DNA of 64,000 nt, taken from contig JBDRYB010000002.1 in the NCBI GenBank assembly GCA_039803205.1, positions 56,880 through 120,879 of the forward strand, read 5' to 3'. The position numbers were made by a program, and so were the translations under genes. Below are positions 10,491 through 20,757 of this stretch, in pieces (the stretch's first letter is position 1; every line of letters starts with the position of its first letter). The notes below the pieces were generated by a model. The model was not told where the DNA came from, made no database searches, and worked only from the letters and a program-made list of their open reading frames with translations. The stretch is from a candidate division WOR-3 bacterium. GTDB taxonomy: Bacteria; Hydrothermota; Hydrothermia; JBDRYB01.

Positions 10491-12155
10491 GTGCGCGAAC
10501 TATCCGCGAAGGCCCTTATAACAGGCATCCTCCTTTCGGTATTCTTCGGGGTCGCAAACGCTTACCTCGCCCTTCGTATGGGGATGACTGTCTCGGCATC
10601 CATACCCGCCGCGGTCATGGCGGTCGCGCTCTTCAGATTAATCCGCGGCAGCATAGGCGAATCCAATATGGTCCAGACGATCGCCTCAGCCGGGGAATCC
10701 CTCGCGGCTGGCATCGCTTTTACCATACCCGCTTTCTTCATACTCGGGGCGAAGCCGCATATCGCGCTCATCGTCCTCATAGCCCTCACTGGCGGCTCAG
10801 TTGGGATACTCGCCCTTTCCGTGGTTAGGCGCCATTTGATAGAGGAAGAGAAATTGCCGTTTCCGGAGGGAACCGCGTGCGCGCAGGTCCTGAGGGCAGG
10901 GGAGCGCGGGGGCGCGGGCGCTATAGCCATCTCAGGGGGTTTTGCTTTTGTATACAGGATCATGGGAGCGATGGGCTTCTTCTCCGACAAGCCGGGTCTT
11001 CCCGCGAGCTGGACATACCTGAGCGCTGATCTGAGCCCAGCTGTCTTTGGCGCTGGCTACATCCTGGGGCCGAGGCTCTCGGGGTTCGTCCTATCAGGGG
11101 GGATTCTTGGCTGGCTGGTTATAGTGCCGCTCATTTCCCTTTTCAACAAAACGCCGGTCACATCCGCGGAGGTGGCTGATGGGATATGGGCAAATTACCT
11201 CAGGTTCATAGGCGCTGGGGCGGTTCTGGTCGGAGGGATTATCGGCCTTCTCAGGGTGATAATCCCGGTTTTCAGGGGCCTGGTGGGGAGCCTGAGGGGA
11301 GGTCGGGACATCCCCCTTCCTTATGTTTTGGCGGGCCTCATCGTGATATTTCTGGTTCTATGGCTTGTTCCCCCTGTGGCAATAGGGCCCGTAGGAGCCA
11401 TCCTAGCCCTCACCCTCTCTTTCCTCTTCGCTGTGGTTTCCGCGAGGGTCGTTGGAATAGTTGGCTCATCATCTAACCCCGTTTCAGGGATGACAGTGGC
11501 CGCGGTCCTCCTCTCCGCTCTAGTGATGAAATTGCTCGGCGCGGGAACGCTCTGGACAGCCCTAGCGCTGGCTGGGGTTGTCTGTATATCAGCCGCGATT
11601 GCCGGAGACACATCCCAGGACCTCAAGACCGGGTTTTTGGTCGGCGCGACGCCCGTAAAACAGCAATTTGGAGAACTGCTTGGCGTTCTGTTCTCGTCCC
11701 TGGCAGTAGCCTGGGCCATGTTCCTCTTTAACCAGGCCTGGGGATTTACTGGGGGCGAGCTCCGGGCTCCGCAGGCAAATATCATGGCGATAATAACTCA
11801 GGGCGTTTTCCAGGGGACCGTTCCCTGGCACCTTCTCTTTATCGGCGGGGCCGCGGCGCTTGGAGTTGAAGTCCTCGGAATAGGCTCACTCCCCTTCGCG
11901 GTTGGACTTTACCTCCCCCTTGACCTCTCAACCGGTCTCTTTCTTGGGGGCCTACTATCGTGGGCCTTCCGGGCAAGGGGACAGAACCTCGCGGCCTCCG
12001 GCCTCATTGCTGGAGACGCTTTTTCTGGGCTCCTGGTTGCTGGTTTGGCCGCAGTGGGCGTTGGCCTTCCGCAGATCCTCAATTTCGGGGCCTGGGGAAC
12101 GCCAGTCGCTCTAGCGGCCCTTTGTCTGGTCCTGTGGTTCCTGAGAGGGAAGTAA
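10491..12155 (+). CDS. OPT family oligopeptide transporter
   Basis: NAYLALRMGMTVSASIPAAV, LPFPEGTACA, GSSSNPVSGM, QDLKTG, APQA; start GTG 10491 follows TATAAT-N6. Confidence 0.95.
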   Translation: MRELSAKALITGILLSVFFGVANAYLALRMGMTVSASIPAAVMAVALFRLIRGSIGESNMVQTIASAGESLAAGIAFTIPAFFILGAKPHIALIVLIALTGGSVGILALSVVRRHLIEEEKLPFPEGTACAQVLRAGERGGAGAIAISGGFAFVYRIMGAMGFFSDKPGLPASWTYLSADLSPAVFGAGYILGPRLSGFVLSGGILGWLVIVPLISLFNKTPVTSAEVADGIWANYLRFIGAGAVLVGGIIGLLRVIIPVFRGLVGSLRGGRDIPLPYVLAGLIVIFLVLWLVPPVAIGPVGAILALTLSFLFAVVSARVVGIVGSSSNPVSGMTVAAVLLSALVMKLLGAGTLWTALALAGVVCISAAIAGDTSQDLKTGFLVGATPVKQQFGELLGVLFSSLAVAWAMFLFNQAWGFTGGELRAPQANIMAIITQGVFQGTVPWHLLFIGGAAALGVEVLGIGSLPFAVGLYLPLDLSTGLFLGGLLSWAFRARGQNLAASGLIAGDAFSGLLVAGLAAVGVGLPQILNFGAWGTPVALAALCLVLWFLRGK

Positions 12156-12272
12156 AACCTTTTGACACCCCATTTTCTAAGCGGATCACCACCCGCCAGA
12201 TCCTTGGACAAATCTGAGCGAGGTCAGCGCGCGGCCTTGAAGCTCCAGGGGTCAAACCATTATAATATTATG

Positions 12273-13235
12273 GTGATGAACGGATTGGTTTTGATGATGG
12301 CCCTCGTGGCCCAGCAGGTTGAAACCGATCCATCGCTTTTTGCCGACAGCTTTAATCTCCGCACCATAGCCCAGTGGGCAAGAGGAAACACTCATTACAT
12401 AATCTACGATGGCCAATATGTCTACGCGAGCACCCTTGAGAGGGAGATCTCCATAATTGATGTCTCTGTTCCGGATGACCCTATTGAGATAGGGAGCATC
12501 AGCGTGAGCAATGTGCCCCTTGGCCTCGCCAAGAAAGGGGAGTTCCTCTTTGTGGCCCTCGGGGATAAAGGGCTCTGCTCCATACAGATAACCGACCCCT
12601 CAATACCTGAGATGGTCTCGTGCGCTGATACGCCGGATTCCGCTATAATCGTCTGTATCCAAGGAAATTACGCCTATGTCGCAGATGGTGACTCCGGGAT
12701 AAGGGTGATAAGCATCGCTGACCCATATAACCTCAAGGAGGTTGGTTTTTACGATACTAAAGGCTTCGCCAGGAGCATCGTGGTTTCCGGAAAATACGCT
12801 TATGTCGCTGATGGAAACGAAGGGCTTGTTATCCTTGATGTCACGAATCCGACATCGCCGAAGTTCGTGAATTCCCTCAAGCTTGAGAGCTTCGCGAATG
12901 ATGTTGAAATAAGCGGTAAATACGCATATGTGGCTATCGGAAAGGATGGGGTAAGGGTCGTTGACATAACGAACCCCAGGGATCTAAAGGTCGTTGGTCA
13001 CTGGACTGGGCCTGGCGCGGCTATTGGCGTAAGGGTTCAGGGTGACAAGCTTACAATAGGAGCCGCATCCGGTGGGGTCCGTCTGATGGACCTCCGGCAG
13101 GAGCGTGAGCTAGCGCACTACACCCCTCCGAGATACACCAGGGATTTCGTATTTGAGGTCATACTATGCGGGAACTATCTCCTGGCGGCCTCTCGTTCAG
13201 GGCTTATTGTCTATGAATACACGCCGCAAAACTAG
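12273..13235 (+). CDS. Secreted LVIVD-repeat beta-propeller protein
   Basis: Repeats GxYAYVAxGxxGLxIxDVxNP; promoter TTGAAG-N18-TATAAT immediately upstream. Confidence 0.88.
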   Translation: MMNGLVLMMALVAQQVETDPSLFADSFNLRTIAQWARGNTHYIIYDGQYVYASTLEREISIIDVSVPDDPIEIGSISVSNVPLGLAKKGEFLFVALGDKGLCSIQITDPSIPEMVSCADTPDSAIIVCIQGNYAYVADGDSGIRVISIADPYNLKEVGFYDTKGFARSIVVSGKYAYVADGNEGLVILDVTNPTSPKFVNSLKLESFANDVEISGKYAYVAIGKDGVRVVDITNPRDLKVVGHWTGPGAAIGVRVQGDKLTIGAASGGVRLMDLRQERELAHYTPPRYTRDFVFEVILCGNYLLAASRSGLIVYEYTPQN

Positions 13236-13611
13236 GGGAGCCAGAAAGCCCTGCCACGCCATAAACACCTGTCCTGCCTGCGGGTCTGATATGATCGTCA
13301 CGCAGCTTACATGCCCATCTTGCGGAACGGAGCTCAGGGGCAATTTCCGTCCGAACGAGTTCGCCTTCCTCACGGATGATAAGCTGGAGTTTCTCAGGCT
13401 GTTTCTCAGGCTCAGGGGGAACCTCACGGAGCTCGCGAAGGAGATCGGGGTTTCTTATCCTACCGCGAGGGTGAGGTTTGACGAGCTCATGGAGGCGCTG
13501 GGTTACGCGGAGAGAACTGGACCCCGGCCTGAGGTTGAAAGGGTTCTCAGCATGCTTGAAAGGGGCGAGATAACCGCTGAGGAGGCTGAGAGCCTGCTTA
13601 GAGGGCTATGA
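13213..13611 (+). CDS. DUF2089 family protein (Zn ribbon + HTH + SHOCT-like tail)
   Basis: CPACG...CPSCG, RGNLTELAKEIGVSYPTAR, LERGEITAEEA. Confidence 0.88.
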   Translation: MNTRRKTRGARKPCHAINTCPACGSDMIVTQLTCPSCGTELRGNFRPNEFAFLTDDKLEFLRLFLRLRGNLTELAKEIGVSYPTARVRFDELMEALGYAERTGPRPEVERVLSMLERGEITAEEAESLLRGL

Positions 13612-13680
13612 ATTGATAGCGAGTCTTCGGGTTCTCACGAGATATGACGAGGAAGATGTCCCGAAGATTTTAACTCCACC

Positions 13681-15771
13681 ATGAATCCTGTTATTTTTCT
13701 CATCTTCTTCACAGATGGAGCCTCTGTCTCGTGTCCTAGGGTTGATCGCTCGCCTGCTATAGACGGCATCCTTGAGGAATGCTGGTCAAAAGCGGATTCC
13801 GTGAGGGAATTTAAGGCTTTCAGGCCCTACTATGCTTCTGAGCCTTCAGAATCAACAACAGCATATCTGATGCACGATGATGAGAATCTATATATCGCTT
13901 TTAGGTGCCAGATAAAGGGAAGGGGGCCGGATATCCGCTTGACCATGAGGGATGGCGGGACTGGCGATGAGGTCAAGGTCATGCTTGATACTTACGGAAC
14001 CGGAATAACGGGATACCGATTCGCTGTCTCCGCGGCAGGAACCCAATCTGACGCGAGGGTAACCGATGATGCCAGGTCCATGGACTTCTCGTGGGATGGG
14101 GTCTGGCGCCGAGGGGTTTGCCTGACGGATTCCTCGTTCACGGTTGAGATAGCGATTCCTTTCAAGGCCATAAGATACGGCCCCGGCCCTTGGGGAGTGT
14201 GCTTCATAAGGTCAACCCCCTCCCGGTCCGAAACAGCGATGTGGCCCCTGATGCCCCAGAACACGGATCTCAGGATGTCCCTCTTGGCGAGGGTTGATAT
14301 AGAGCCTCCGAGACACAGGGGGCTTCACCTTGAGCTTTATCCGGTCGCCCTGGCCGGCAACTCATTTGTTTCCTCGGAGGATTACTCTTGGGAGAACCAA
14401 GGCTTTGACATCCGATACCAGCGCAAGGGCTTCTATTCCGAGGCCGGGCTTGATATGACATGGTCCCCTAGTCCATCAACGAGCCTTCAAGCAACCTTAA
14501 ATCCTGATTTCGCGCAGATTGAGGCTGACCCTTTCCAGCTGAACCTCACCAAATACGAGCTCTGGTTAGCCGAAAAGAGGCCATTTTTCATAGAGGGAGC
14601 TGACATATTTGACTCACCCATAAAGGTATTCTACTCCCGGAGGATAGGCCCTGGGTTATCCACGGGGGCAAAGCTATCCTCGTCCGGAAGCCGCTTTGAA
14701 TACGGCGCTCTTCTCGCGAGAACCGAGCCTTACACTGAAATGATCTCAGGGGACACCCTGGATTACCCATCAGGGCTTTACTATGTTGGGAAGGCGAAGA
14801 TCAGGATATTCTCCAATTCAAATACCGGCCTCATGGTCTCAGGCGCGGAGAGGGAAACCACATACAACAGGGCAGGTTGTCTTGGTTTGGCATTGAGGGG
14901 AGCATCCTGGGCCTTCAAGAACGGCCTCGCCTTCTCTGATAGGGATGGGAAGACAGGAAAGGCTTTTACCAGCACCTTCAACCTCAGCGGAAAAACGCTT
15001 TACGCGGGCGCGGAGCTCAACTGGTCCGAGGAGAGCTTTGATGTCTCGGAGATAGGTTTTTACCCATACTCAGGCTCAAAGAACCTGAATTTATATGCTG
15101 GGCCAGTTTTCTATCCGGAGAGAGGCCCTTTTTCCGAGATAAGGCTTGCCGGATCAGGGGGGTTGGGGGAGGAGAAAGGAGAGGATACCCTATCTTGGGG
15201 AATGGGGCCCGTTGGGGAGATAAGCCTAAGAGGAGGGCAGGGCCTCGGTTTTCAGTGCATATGGAACAAGGGCTACGAACAGGGAAGGGTTTTCTGGGCC
15301 TGGAACCCCTCCATTGATTTTCACACTGATTGGCAGAAACCCGTTTATCTGTGGGCGATGGTTTGGCGGAGCTACGATTACAACTACATGAGGGGGTATT
15401 TCGCGCCCCAGCTTGGCGCTGAGCTCGCCATCAGATACACGATAAGGAGCGGCCTTGCCGTCTCCGCTAATATTAATATTTGGGCCGAAAAGAGGCCGGA
15501 CAATTCCCTTGAGGCCATAACAGTATCCCCAAGGCCCAAGCTCTCCTGGCTTCCCAAAAGCGGGATGAACATCTCCATTTACGCTGAGCCGGCTTTTACC
15601 GATGGAGATATTGAGAGAGTGGTCGGGGGCGCCCTATTTTCCTGGGAGTTCGCGCCTAAATCCTGGCTCTACCTGGTCTATAATCATGAAGCCGAGGATG
15701 ACGGCACGGGCCGGATGATCGCAACGGGCTCCGCTTTCCAGATGAAGGTGAAGTATCTGTTGGTCATATGA
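13681..15771 (+). CDS. CBM9-like / DUF5916 outer-membrane protein
   Basis: PAIDGILEECW, DDENLYIAF, WDGVW, EIAIPF, NPDFAQIEAD, EKRPFFIEG, YSRRIG. Confidence 0.85.
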   Translation: MNPVIFLIFFTDGASVSCPRVDRSPAIDGILEECWSKADSVREFKAFRPYYASEPSESTTAYLMHDDENLYIAFRCQIKGRGPDIRLTMRDGGTGDEVKVMLDTYGTGITGYRFAVSAAGTQSDARVTDDARSMDFSWDGVWRRGVCLTDSSFTVEIAIPFKAIRYGPGPWGVCFIRSTPSRSETAMWPLMPQNTDLRMSLLARVDIEPPRHRGLHLELYPVALAGNSFVSSEDYSWENQGFDIRYQRKGFYSEAGLDMTWSPSPSTSLQATLNPDFAQIEADPFQLNLTKYELWLAEKRPFFIEGADIFDSPIKVFYSRRIGPGLSTGAKLSSSGSRFEYGALLARTEPYTEMISGDTLDYPSGLYYVGKAKIRIFSNSNTGLMVSGAERETTYNRAGCLGLALRGASWAFKNGLAFSDRDGKTGKAFTSTFNLSGKTLYAGAELNWSEESFDVSEIGFYPYSGSKNLNLYAGPVFYPERGPFSEIRLAGSGGLGEEKGEDTLSWGMGPVGEISLRGGQGLGFQCIWNKGYEQGRVFWAWNPSIDFHTDWQKPVYLWAMVWRSYDYNYMRGYFAPQLGAELAIRYTIRSGLAVSANINIWAEKRPDNSLEAITVSPRPKLSWLPKSGMNISIYAEPAFTDGDIERVVGGALFSWEFAPKSWLYLVYNHEAEDDGTGRMIATGSAFQMKVKYLLVI

Positions 15772-15775
15772 TTGG

Positions 15776-17845
15776 CTACCCTTGCCTCACAACAGTGTTC
15801 CTCTCAAACTGCAAGGAATAGAGGTAATAGTAAAATCCCTTTCTTTGAATGAGCTCCTCGTGGTTTCCCTCCTCAACAAGCCTGCCGTTCTGGATTACCA
15901 AGATCTTATCCGCCTCCCTTATTGTTGATAGCCTGTGAGCGACCACAAAAGATGTCCTGCCCCGCAGGAGCTTCCTGAGGGAACGCTGAATTATCTCCTC
16001 TGTCTCCTGGTCTATGTTGGCTGTTGCCTCGTCGAGGAGGAGTATTTTCGGGTCAAAGGCCAAAGCCCTGGCAAACGCGAGGAGTTGGCGTTGACCCTGG
16101 GAGAGGGTTGACCCTCTTTCGGCCACCCTGGCTTTGTATCCGCCATCAAGGCGCTCTATGAACCTGTCCGCGTCAACTGCTTTTGCTGATTCTATGACCT
16201 TCTCAATGGGGATGTCCGATCTGAGCCTTATGTTTCCCTCTATTGTCCCAGAGAAAACGAATATGTCCTGCTGGACAAGGGCCATCCTTGACCTGAGCTC
16301 CCGAAGGGGGATGTCCCTTATGTCCGTCCCGTCTATGAGGATCCTTCCCCTCTGGGGGTCGTGGAAGCGCAGGAGAAGCTTTATTATGGTGGTCTTGCCA
16401 GCCCCGGTTGGCCCGACTATGGCGATCGTCTGACCGGGGAGGGCCTCAAAGCTTATATCCCTGAGAACCCAGTTCTCGCCCTCGTATGCGAACCAAACCC
16501 CTTCAAACCTTACTTGGCCCTTCACATCAGAGGGCATGATTTTGCCTCCGGATGGCTCTTCGGGCCCATCCATTATCTTGAATATCCTCTCGCCCGCCGC
16601 GAACGCGGATTGCATTATGTTATATTTTTCAGAGAGGTCCCTTATTGGTGCGAACAGCATCTCTATATATGAGAGAAAGGCTACGAGCGCTCCAAAGGAG
16701 AGGGCCCCCCGGATTATCTCCCCTCCGCCATACCAGAGGATTATGGCCACTGCAATTGCATCCGAAAGGTCCATTAGGGGCCTGAATGTTCCGAAAACAT
16801 AGAGCTGTTTTATGAATGCCTTGTATAGGTCGTAGTTTATCCGCCTGAACTTCTCCGTCATCCTGCCCTCCTGGACAAAAGCCTGGATCACGGATATTCC
16901 GGACACTGATTCCTGAAGGGTCGCGTTGACCTGCGCGAGGTATTTCCTTACCTCTCGGTAAGCCTCCCTCGCGTAGCGCCTGAAGAGAAAGGTTGATACA
17001 CCGAGAAGGGGAACTATTGCCATCATAGCCCCGGTGAGCCGGATGTTCATTCTGATCATTATCACTATTATCCCAATAACGAGGAGAGCGTCCTTGATGA
17101 GATACACGAGCACAGAGGAGAAGAACTCGTTTATGGATTCAACATCGTTCGTTGCCCTGGTGACGAGCCTGCCAACCGGGTTCGCGGAGAAAAACTCAAC
17201 TGGGCTCCTCAGGAACTTGCTGAAGATGTCCTGACGGAGGTCCGCCATTCCCCTCTGACTAACCTTCTGCAGGGTATAGACCTGGCCGAAGTTCAAAATC
17301 AGATTAAGCGTTAGTATGAGAAACAGAGCCAGGCCTATCCAGCCAACCCCCCTGAGGTGTCCAGCCCTAACCCTTGATATCAGGCTCCTGTCGTATTCCT
17401 TTAGCCTTGAGTAAGCGATAAAGCTCCCCTCTTTTAGGACGATCAGGTCCCCCTTTTGGAGGCTCTCTGAGAGCTCAGGTGGCACAGGGATGTATCGCTC
17501 AGAGCTGAGAAGCCCCCTTGCCTCAAGCTCGCGCCTCTGAGACTGGGGAATCTCAGGAAGGTTCACCATGAACCCGCCCTCAGGAATGGGGATAAGCCGG
17601 GCGCCGCGCAGGAGATCGGGAGGCGCGTTTTCGCTTATTATTGCCCATGAGGGCATTATGTAGCGGTCAACAGCGATCCTGGTCAAGAGAGGCGGAACAA
17701 GTTCTCCCAGTGTGAGCAATCCCATGAAAAGGAGGGACAGCAGAAGCAGGGGCCAGTATGGCTTCAGATACCTGGTGAGCCTCAGCATTAGCCTGGTGTC
17801 CATGGCCTGCGGAGCGTCGTCGGTGAAGGTGGGATGGTAGCTCAT
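15776..17845 (-). CDS. ABC exporter, fused permease/ATP-binding subunit
   Basis: TM domain, GPTGAGKTT, LSQGQRQ, LLLDEAT, AHRLST. Confidence 0.95.
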   Translation of the reverse strand: MSYHPTFTDDAPQAMDTRLMLRLTRYLKPYWPLLLLSLLFMGLLTLGELVPPLLTRIAVDRYIMPSWAIISENAPPDLLRGARLIPIPEGGFMVNLPEIPQSQRRELEARGLLSSERYIPVPPELSESLQKGDLIVLKEGSFIAYSRLKEYDRSLISRVRAGHLRGVGWIGLALFLILTLNLILNFGQVYTLQKVSQRGMADLRQDIFSKFLRSPVEFFSANPVGRLVTRATNDVESINEFFSSVLVYLIKDALLVIGIIVIMIRMNIRLTGAMMAIVPLLGVSTFLFRRYAREAYREVRKYLAQVNATLQESVSGISVIQAFVQEGRMTEKFRRINYDLYKAFIKQLYVFGTFRPLMDLSDAIAVAIILWYGGGEIIRGALSFGALVAFLSYIEMLFAPIRDLSEKYNIMQSAFAAGERIFKIMDGPEEPSGGKIMPSDVKGQVRFEGVWFAYEGENWVLRDISFEALPGQTIAIVGPTGAGKTTIIKLLLRFHDPQRGRILIDGTDIRDIPLRELRSRMALVQQDIFVFSGTIEGNIRLRSDIPIEKVIESAKAVDADRFIERLDGGYKARVAERGSTLSQGQRQLLAFARALAFDPKILLLDEATANIDQETEEIIQRSLRKLLRGRTSFVVAHRLSTIREADKILVIQNGRLVEEGNHEELIQRKGFYYYLYSLQFERNTVVRQG

Positions 17846-17859
17846 GCGAGTGCTCCTAC

Positions 17860-17888
17860 TTGATCGTTCCTGGCAAAAACACTATAAT
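17860..17888 (+). promoter_or_regulatory. Sigma70-type promoter for the RNA leader/NYN gene
   Basis: TTGATC (17860-17865)-N17-TATAAT (17883-17888). Confidence 0.65.
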
Positions 17889-17894
17889 ATAGGC

Positions 17895-17978
17895 CTGCGT
17901 TAGAAGCTTTTAGAACCGGGGGGGCAGTGTCGGCTGTGGCTTCTGCCTCAGTTTCGGCTGCCCCCGAATTTTTTCTTG
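17895..17978 (+). ncRNA. Candidate structured RNA leader/attenuator upstream of the NYN gene
   Basis: G7...C5G closing stem around CAGTGTCGGCTG-T-GGCTTCTGCC-T-CAGTTTCGGCTG, followed by a T-tract. Confidence 0.45.
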
Positions 17979-17979
17979 T

Positions 17980-18507
17980 ATGGAAAAACGGACGATTATC
18001 TTCATAGACGCCCAGGCACTTCTCAAGGGGGCATGGAAAGCATGTAAAAAAGATTTTCGTGTGAATCACTTCAATCTGATCAAGGACCTCTCCCTGAACA
18101 GGGACCTCATAAGGGTCTACATGTATGACGGCATATATCCTGAGGAAGCTATCCAATTTGCTGAGGAGAGAAGAAAAAAGCTTGCCTGGGCCAGCGAATT
18201 CTGGGGCAGGGGGATAACTGTCAAACTCATTGATATGAGAGAATCCGGGAGGGGAACATACAGACAAAAGGGTGTTGATGTGCGTATTGCCTCGGATATG
18301 CTCACCCTCGCGTTCCGAGACGCGTATGATGTTGCTGTTCTCGTTTCCGGAGACGGGGATTTCGGCGAGGTCATTGACGAGATAAAGGGCATGGGAAAGA
18401 GAGTTGAGGTGGCCTATTACAGAGAAGGTTTTTCTGAGCGGCTTAAGGAATCCGCTGATAAAATAATCTACCTCCAGGATCTGCCCAGCTTCAAGGGATG
18501 CTCCTGA
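17980..18507 (+). CDS. NYN-domain (LabA/DUF88, PIN-fold) ribonuclease
   Basis: IFIDAQ, QKGVDVRIASDM, VLVSGDGDF, GKRVEV, LKESADK. Confidence 0.93.
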   Translation: MEKRTIIFIDAQALLKGAWKACKKDFRVNHFNLIKDLSLNRDLIRVYMYDGIYPEEAIQFAEERRKKLAWASEFWGRGITVKLIDMRESGRGTYRQKGVDVRIASDMLTLAFRDAYDVAVLVSGDGDFGEVIDEIKGMGKRVEVAYYREGFSERLKESADKIIYLQDLPSFKGCS

Positions 18508-18515
18508 CCAGCAGA

Positions 18516-18875
18516 TCATACCCTCATCCTCCAGGCCGCATATAACCCTATTGCCCCGTGGGGAAGATACTCCGCCCACCACTTGCCGCAGAAAGAGGCG
18601 AATACCCCTATTACCAGCACGAAGCCCACAACCGCCACGGCCAGGATCATATGAAAGAGCCTCGGCAGTTTCGCCATCCTGAGGAATCCAACCGTGTATT
18701 TGCCGATCATGTATATCATGAATGAGACGAGGGCAAGCCCTATCCTCAGGTAGGCGAAGCTGTCATCTATCTCAAGGGGCCTCTCCCTGAAAATGGGGAA
18801 CAAGACCGGCGCCGGCAGGGCGCTCAGACCACCGAGCACGATCTTGAAGATGGTTTCAGTTTCCAATTTCGCCAT
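18516..18875 (-). CDS. Small hypothetical membrane protein (3-4 TM)
   Basis: Several hydrophobic segments; co-oriented with and overlapping the upstream gene's stop. Confidence 0.6.
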   Translation of the reverse strand: MAKLETETIFKIVLGGLSALPAPVLFPIFRERPLEIDDSFAYLRIGLALVSFMIYMIGKYTVGFLRMAKLPRLFHMILAVAVVGFVLVIGVFASFCGKWWAEYLPHGAIGLYAAWRMRV

Positions 18876-19509
18876 GGGCAAGAAGGGATTCGGGCAAGTA
18901 GAGCTCCTGAGCGGACGCGTTGAATTCGTGCTTGAGGTTCACCTTCAGGTTCTCAAGGGTGTATATCTCATAAGATACGGGAACAAAGAGGTTTTCTCCT
19001 TCTTTTTTCATTCCGAAAGCCACGAGAATATGCGGCGCATCCTTGGTGATCTTGAAGTCCTCAGAGGGGGAGAGATAGAAAACTCGTAGCCCGCCACCCC
19101 TTTCCTCTTCGGAATTAAAGGTTTTACATTCAAGATAAACCGGAATACCTTTCCATTCTAATTCAAAGTCCGGATACCCAGCGGGTTTCTTCCTTCCTGA
19201 TCTCGCAATCGGCCTCTGAGCCGGGATCTCCACAGATCTCAAGCCTTCAAGAACAAAATCCTCTATTTTATTACCAGCTTCGTTTGGTCTTTTTGTCTTT
19301 ATGCCTTCTTCTTTAGCCTTAGCGCCGGCTATCTGGATTGCTCTTTCAAGATTACTGATGAAATCTTCGGCCCAATCCATGCTTTCGTAAATCGGGAGTA
19401 TCCTGTGACCGGAGAGAACCTTGATAACAACTGTAAAAGGAATATCTCTGACAGGAGACAGAAATTTCTTCAGGGTTTCCTCCAATTGTTTAATGTATTC
19501 CTCTTGCAT
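18856..19509 (-). CDS. Putative type II restriction endonuclease (PD-(D/E)xK)
   Basis: NEAGNKIE...GYPD...VYLECKT catalytic pattern; directly downstream of an MTase. Confidence 0.78.
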   Translation of the reverse strand: MQEEYIKQLEETLKKFLSPVRDIPFTVVIKVLSGHRILPIYESMDWAEDFISNLERAIQIAGAKAKEEGIKTKRPNEAGNKIEDFVLEGLRSVEIPAQRPIARSGRKKPAGYPDFELEWKGIPVYLECKTFNSEEERGGGLRVFYLSPSEDFKITKDAPHILVAFGMKKEGENLFVPVSYEIYTLENLKVNLKHEFNASAQELYLPESLLAHGEIGN

Positions 19510-20757
19510 TTAACCCTCCTTCAAGAAAATAAGGATGTTCTCCCTTTGCATCACATTGTAAAGCCCAAAGATTATCTTGTCTATGTTTTTTATCAGTCTG
19601 AGGCCGCACTTCTCGCACTCTCTGATTACAAATTCCACGGTATTGATGAGCTTTCCCTGATAAGTCGCATTGCCTATGACCAGGCTCGCGTATTTACCCG
19701 GTTTGAGAACTCTAGCCATCTCCTTGATTGCTTCCTTCATATCCTCGTTGTAAAGTCTAACCCTCTCGTCTCCTCGGCCTCTGACACCTATAACTGATTC
19801 CCTGAATAGGGTTACATCCTTGCCGAGATACTTTAGGGCATGCGCGTCATTAGCTACATAATCCAGAGCGATGGAATAGGGGGGCGAAGTTATGATCCCG
19901 TCCACGGAATCATCCTTCAAGGGCAAGCGCCTAGCATCAACCTCGCAGATTTCAGTTTTGCCAAGCCTGATTCCAAGCTCCTGAACCACATCCTGGTAGT
20001 CCTCAACCGAAGAAAGCATCAGGGAGATGCCCTTGAGAAAGGACGGGATAAAGGGCCTTCTCCTTCTTTCCGTGTCGCTTACAGCCAGTAGGAAACCCAT
20101 CAGGTAAAAGTTGCGGACGGGTTCTTTCTCTATGTTCATTATGAAATCCAGCATGTCCTTCTCGTGGTTTCCCCTGAGTAGCCTGTTGGCCTCGGCCTGG
20201 ATATCCCGAAAGAACTCTTTTATCTCCCGAAGGAACAGAACGGATTCGGTTTTAACCCTGGTCTGGAGAACGCAAAGGGGCGATATATCAAGACATACTG
20301 AGTTTATACCCAACAACTGGGCTTCCAGGGCAAGGGTTCCGGAGCCGACAAAAGGATCGAGGACGGTTTGGCCCTCAGAGAGCCCCATTATGTTCAGAAG
20401 AGCTCTTATCATCTGGGGATGGAACTTGCCCTTGTAGGGGTATATCCAGTGAGTCAGATACTGGTTTATGGACCTGGTTCGGTTCTTACTAACGATAAAC
20501 GGATAAACGCTTTCCTTGTCCCCTATGGACTGGAAATAGGCTGTGCGCTTGCAGAAGCGTTCATCATCTCCTCCCCATGCTCTTATCCTTCTCAGGCTGT
20601 TCTCAACTAGGAACTCATAACCAAAAGCAGAGAGCTCAAGTTGCGCGAGCGCGAGCTCGTAAATGAACTGCACATTGGGCATGAGAACAGCCACAGTTCC
20701 TGTCTGAACATCAGGGGGGTTCGCCCTCTCGGAGAAATGCCAGCTCCTCATTTCCAA
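19510..20757 (-). CDS. DNA methyltransferase (probably m4C) of a type II R-M pair
   Basis: HWIYPYKGKFHPQM, VLDPFVGSGT (motif I) before ITSPPY (motif IV). Confidence 0.9.
   Translation of the reverse strand: MEMRSWHFSERANPPDVQTGTVAVLMPNVQFIYELALAQLELSAFGYEFLVENSLRRIRAWGGDDERFCKRTAYFQSIGDKESVYPFIVSKNRTRSINQYLTHWIYPYKGKFHPQMIRALLNIMGLSEGQTVLDPFVGSGTLALEAQLLGINSVCLDISPLCVLQTRVKTESVLFLREIKEFFRDIQAEANRLLRGNHEKDMLDFIMNIEKEPVRNFYLMGFLLAVSDTERRRRPFIPSFLKGISLMLSSVEDYQDVVQELGIRLGKTEICEVDARRLPLKDDSVDGIITSPPYSIALDYVANDAHALKYLGKDVTLFRESVIGVRGRGDERVRLYNEDMKEAIKEMARVLKPGKYASLVIGNATYQGKLINTVEFVIRECEKCGLRLIKNIDKIIFGLYNVMQRENILIFLKEG

Noticed and set aside
17842-18582. 246-aa minus-strand ORF over the NYN gene
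   Set aside because: Antisense shadow with no recognisable motifs; the NYN frame has full family signatures
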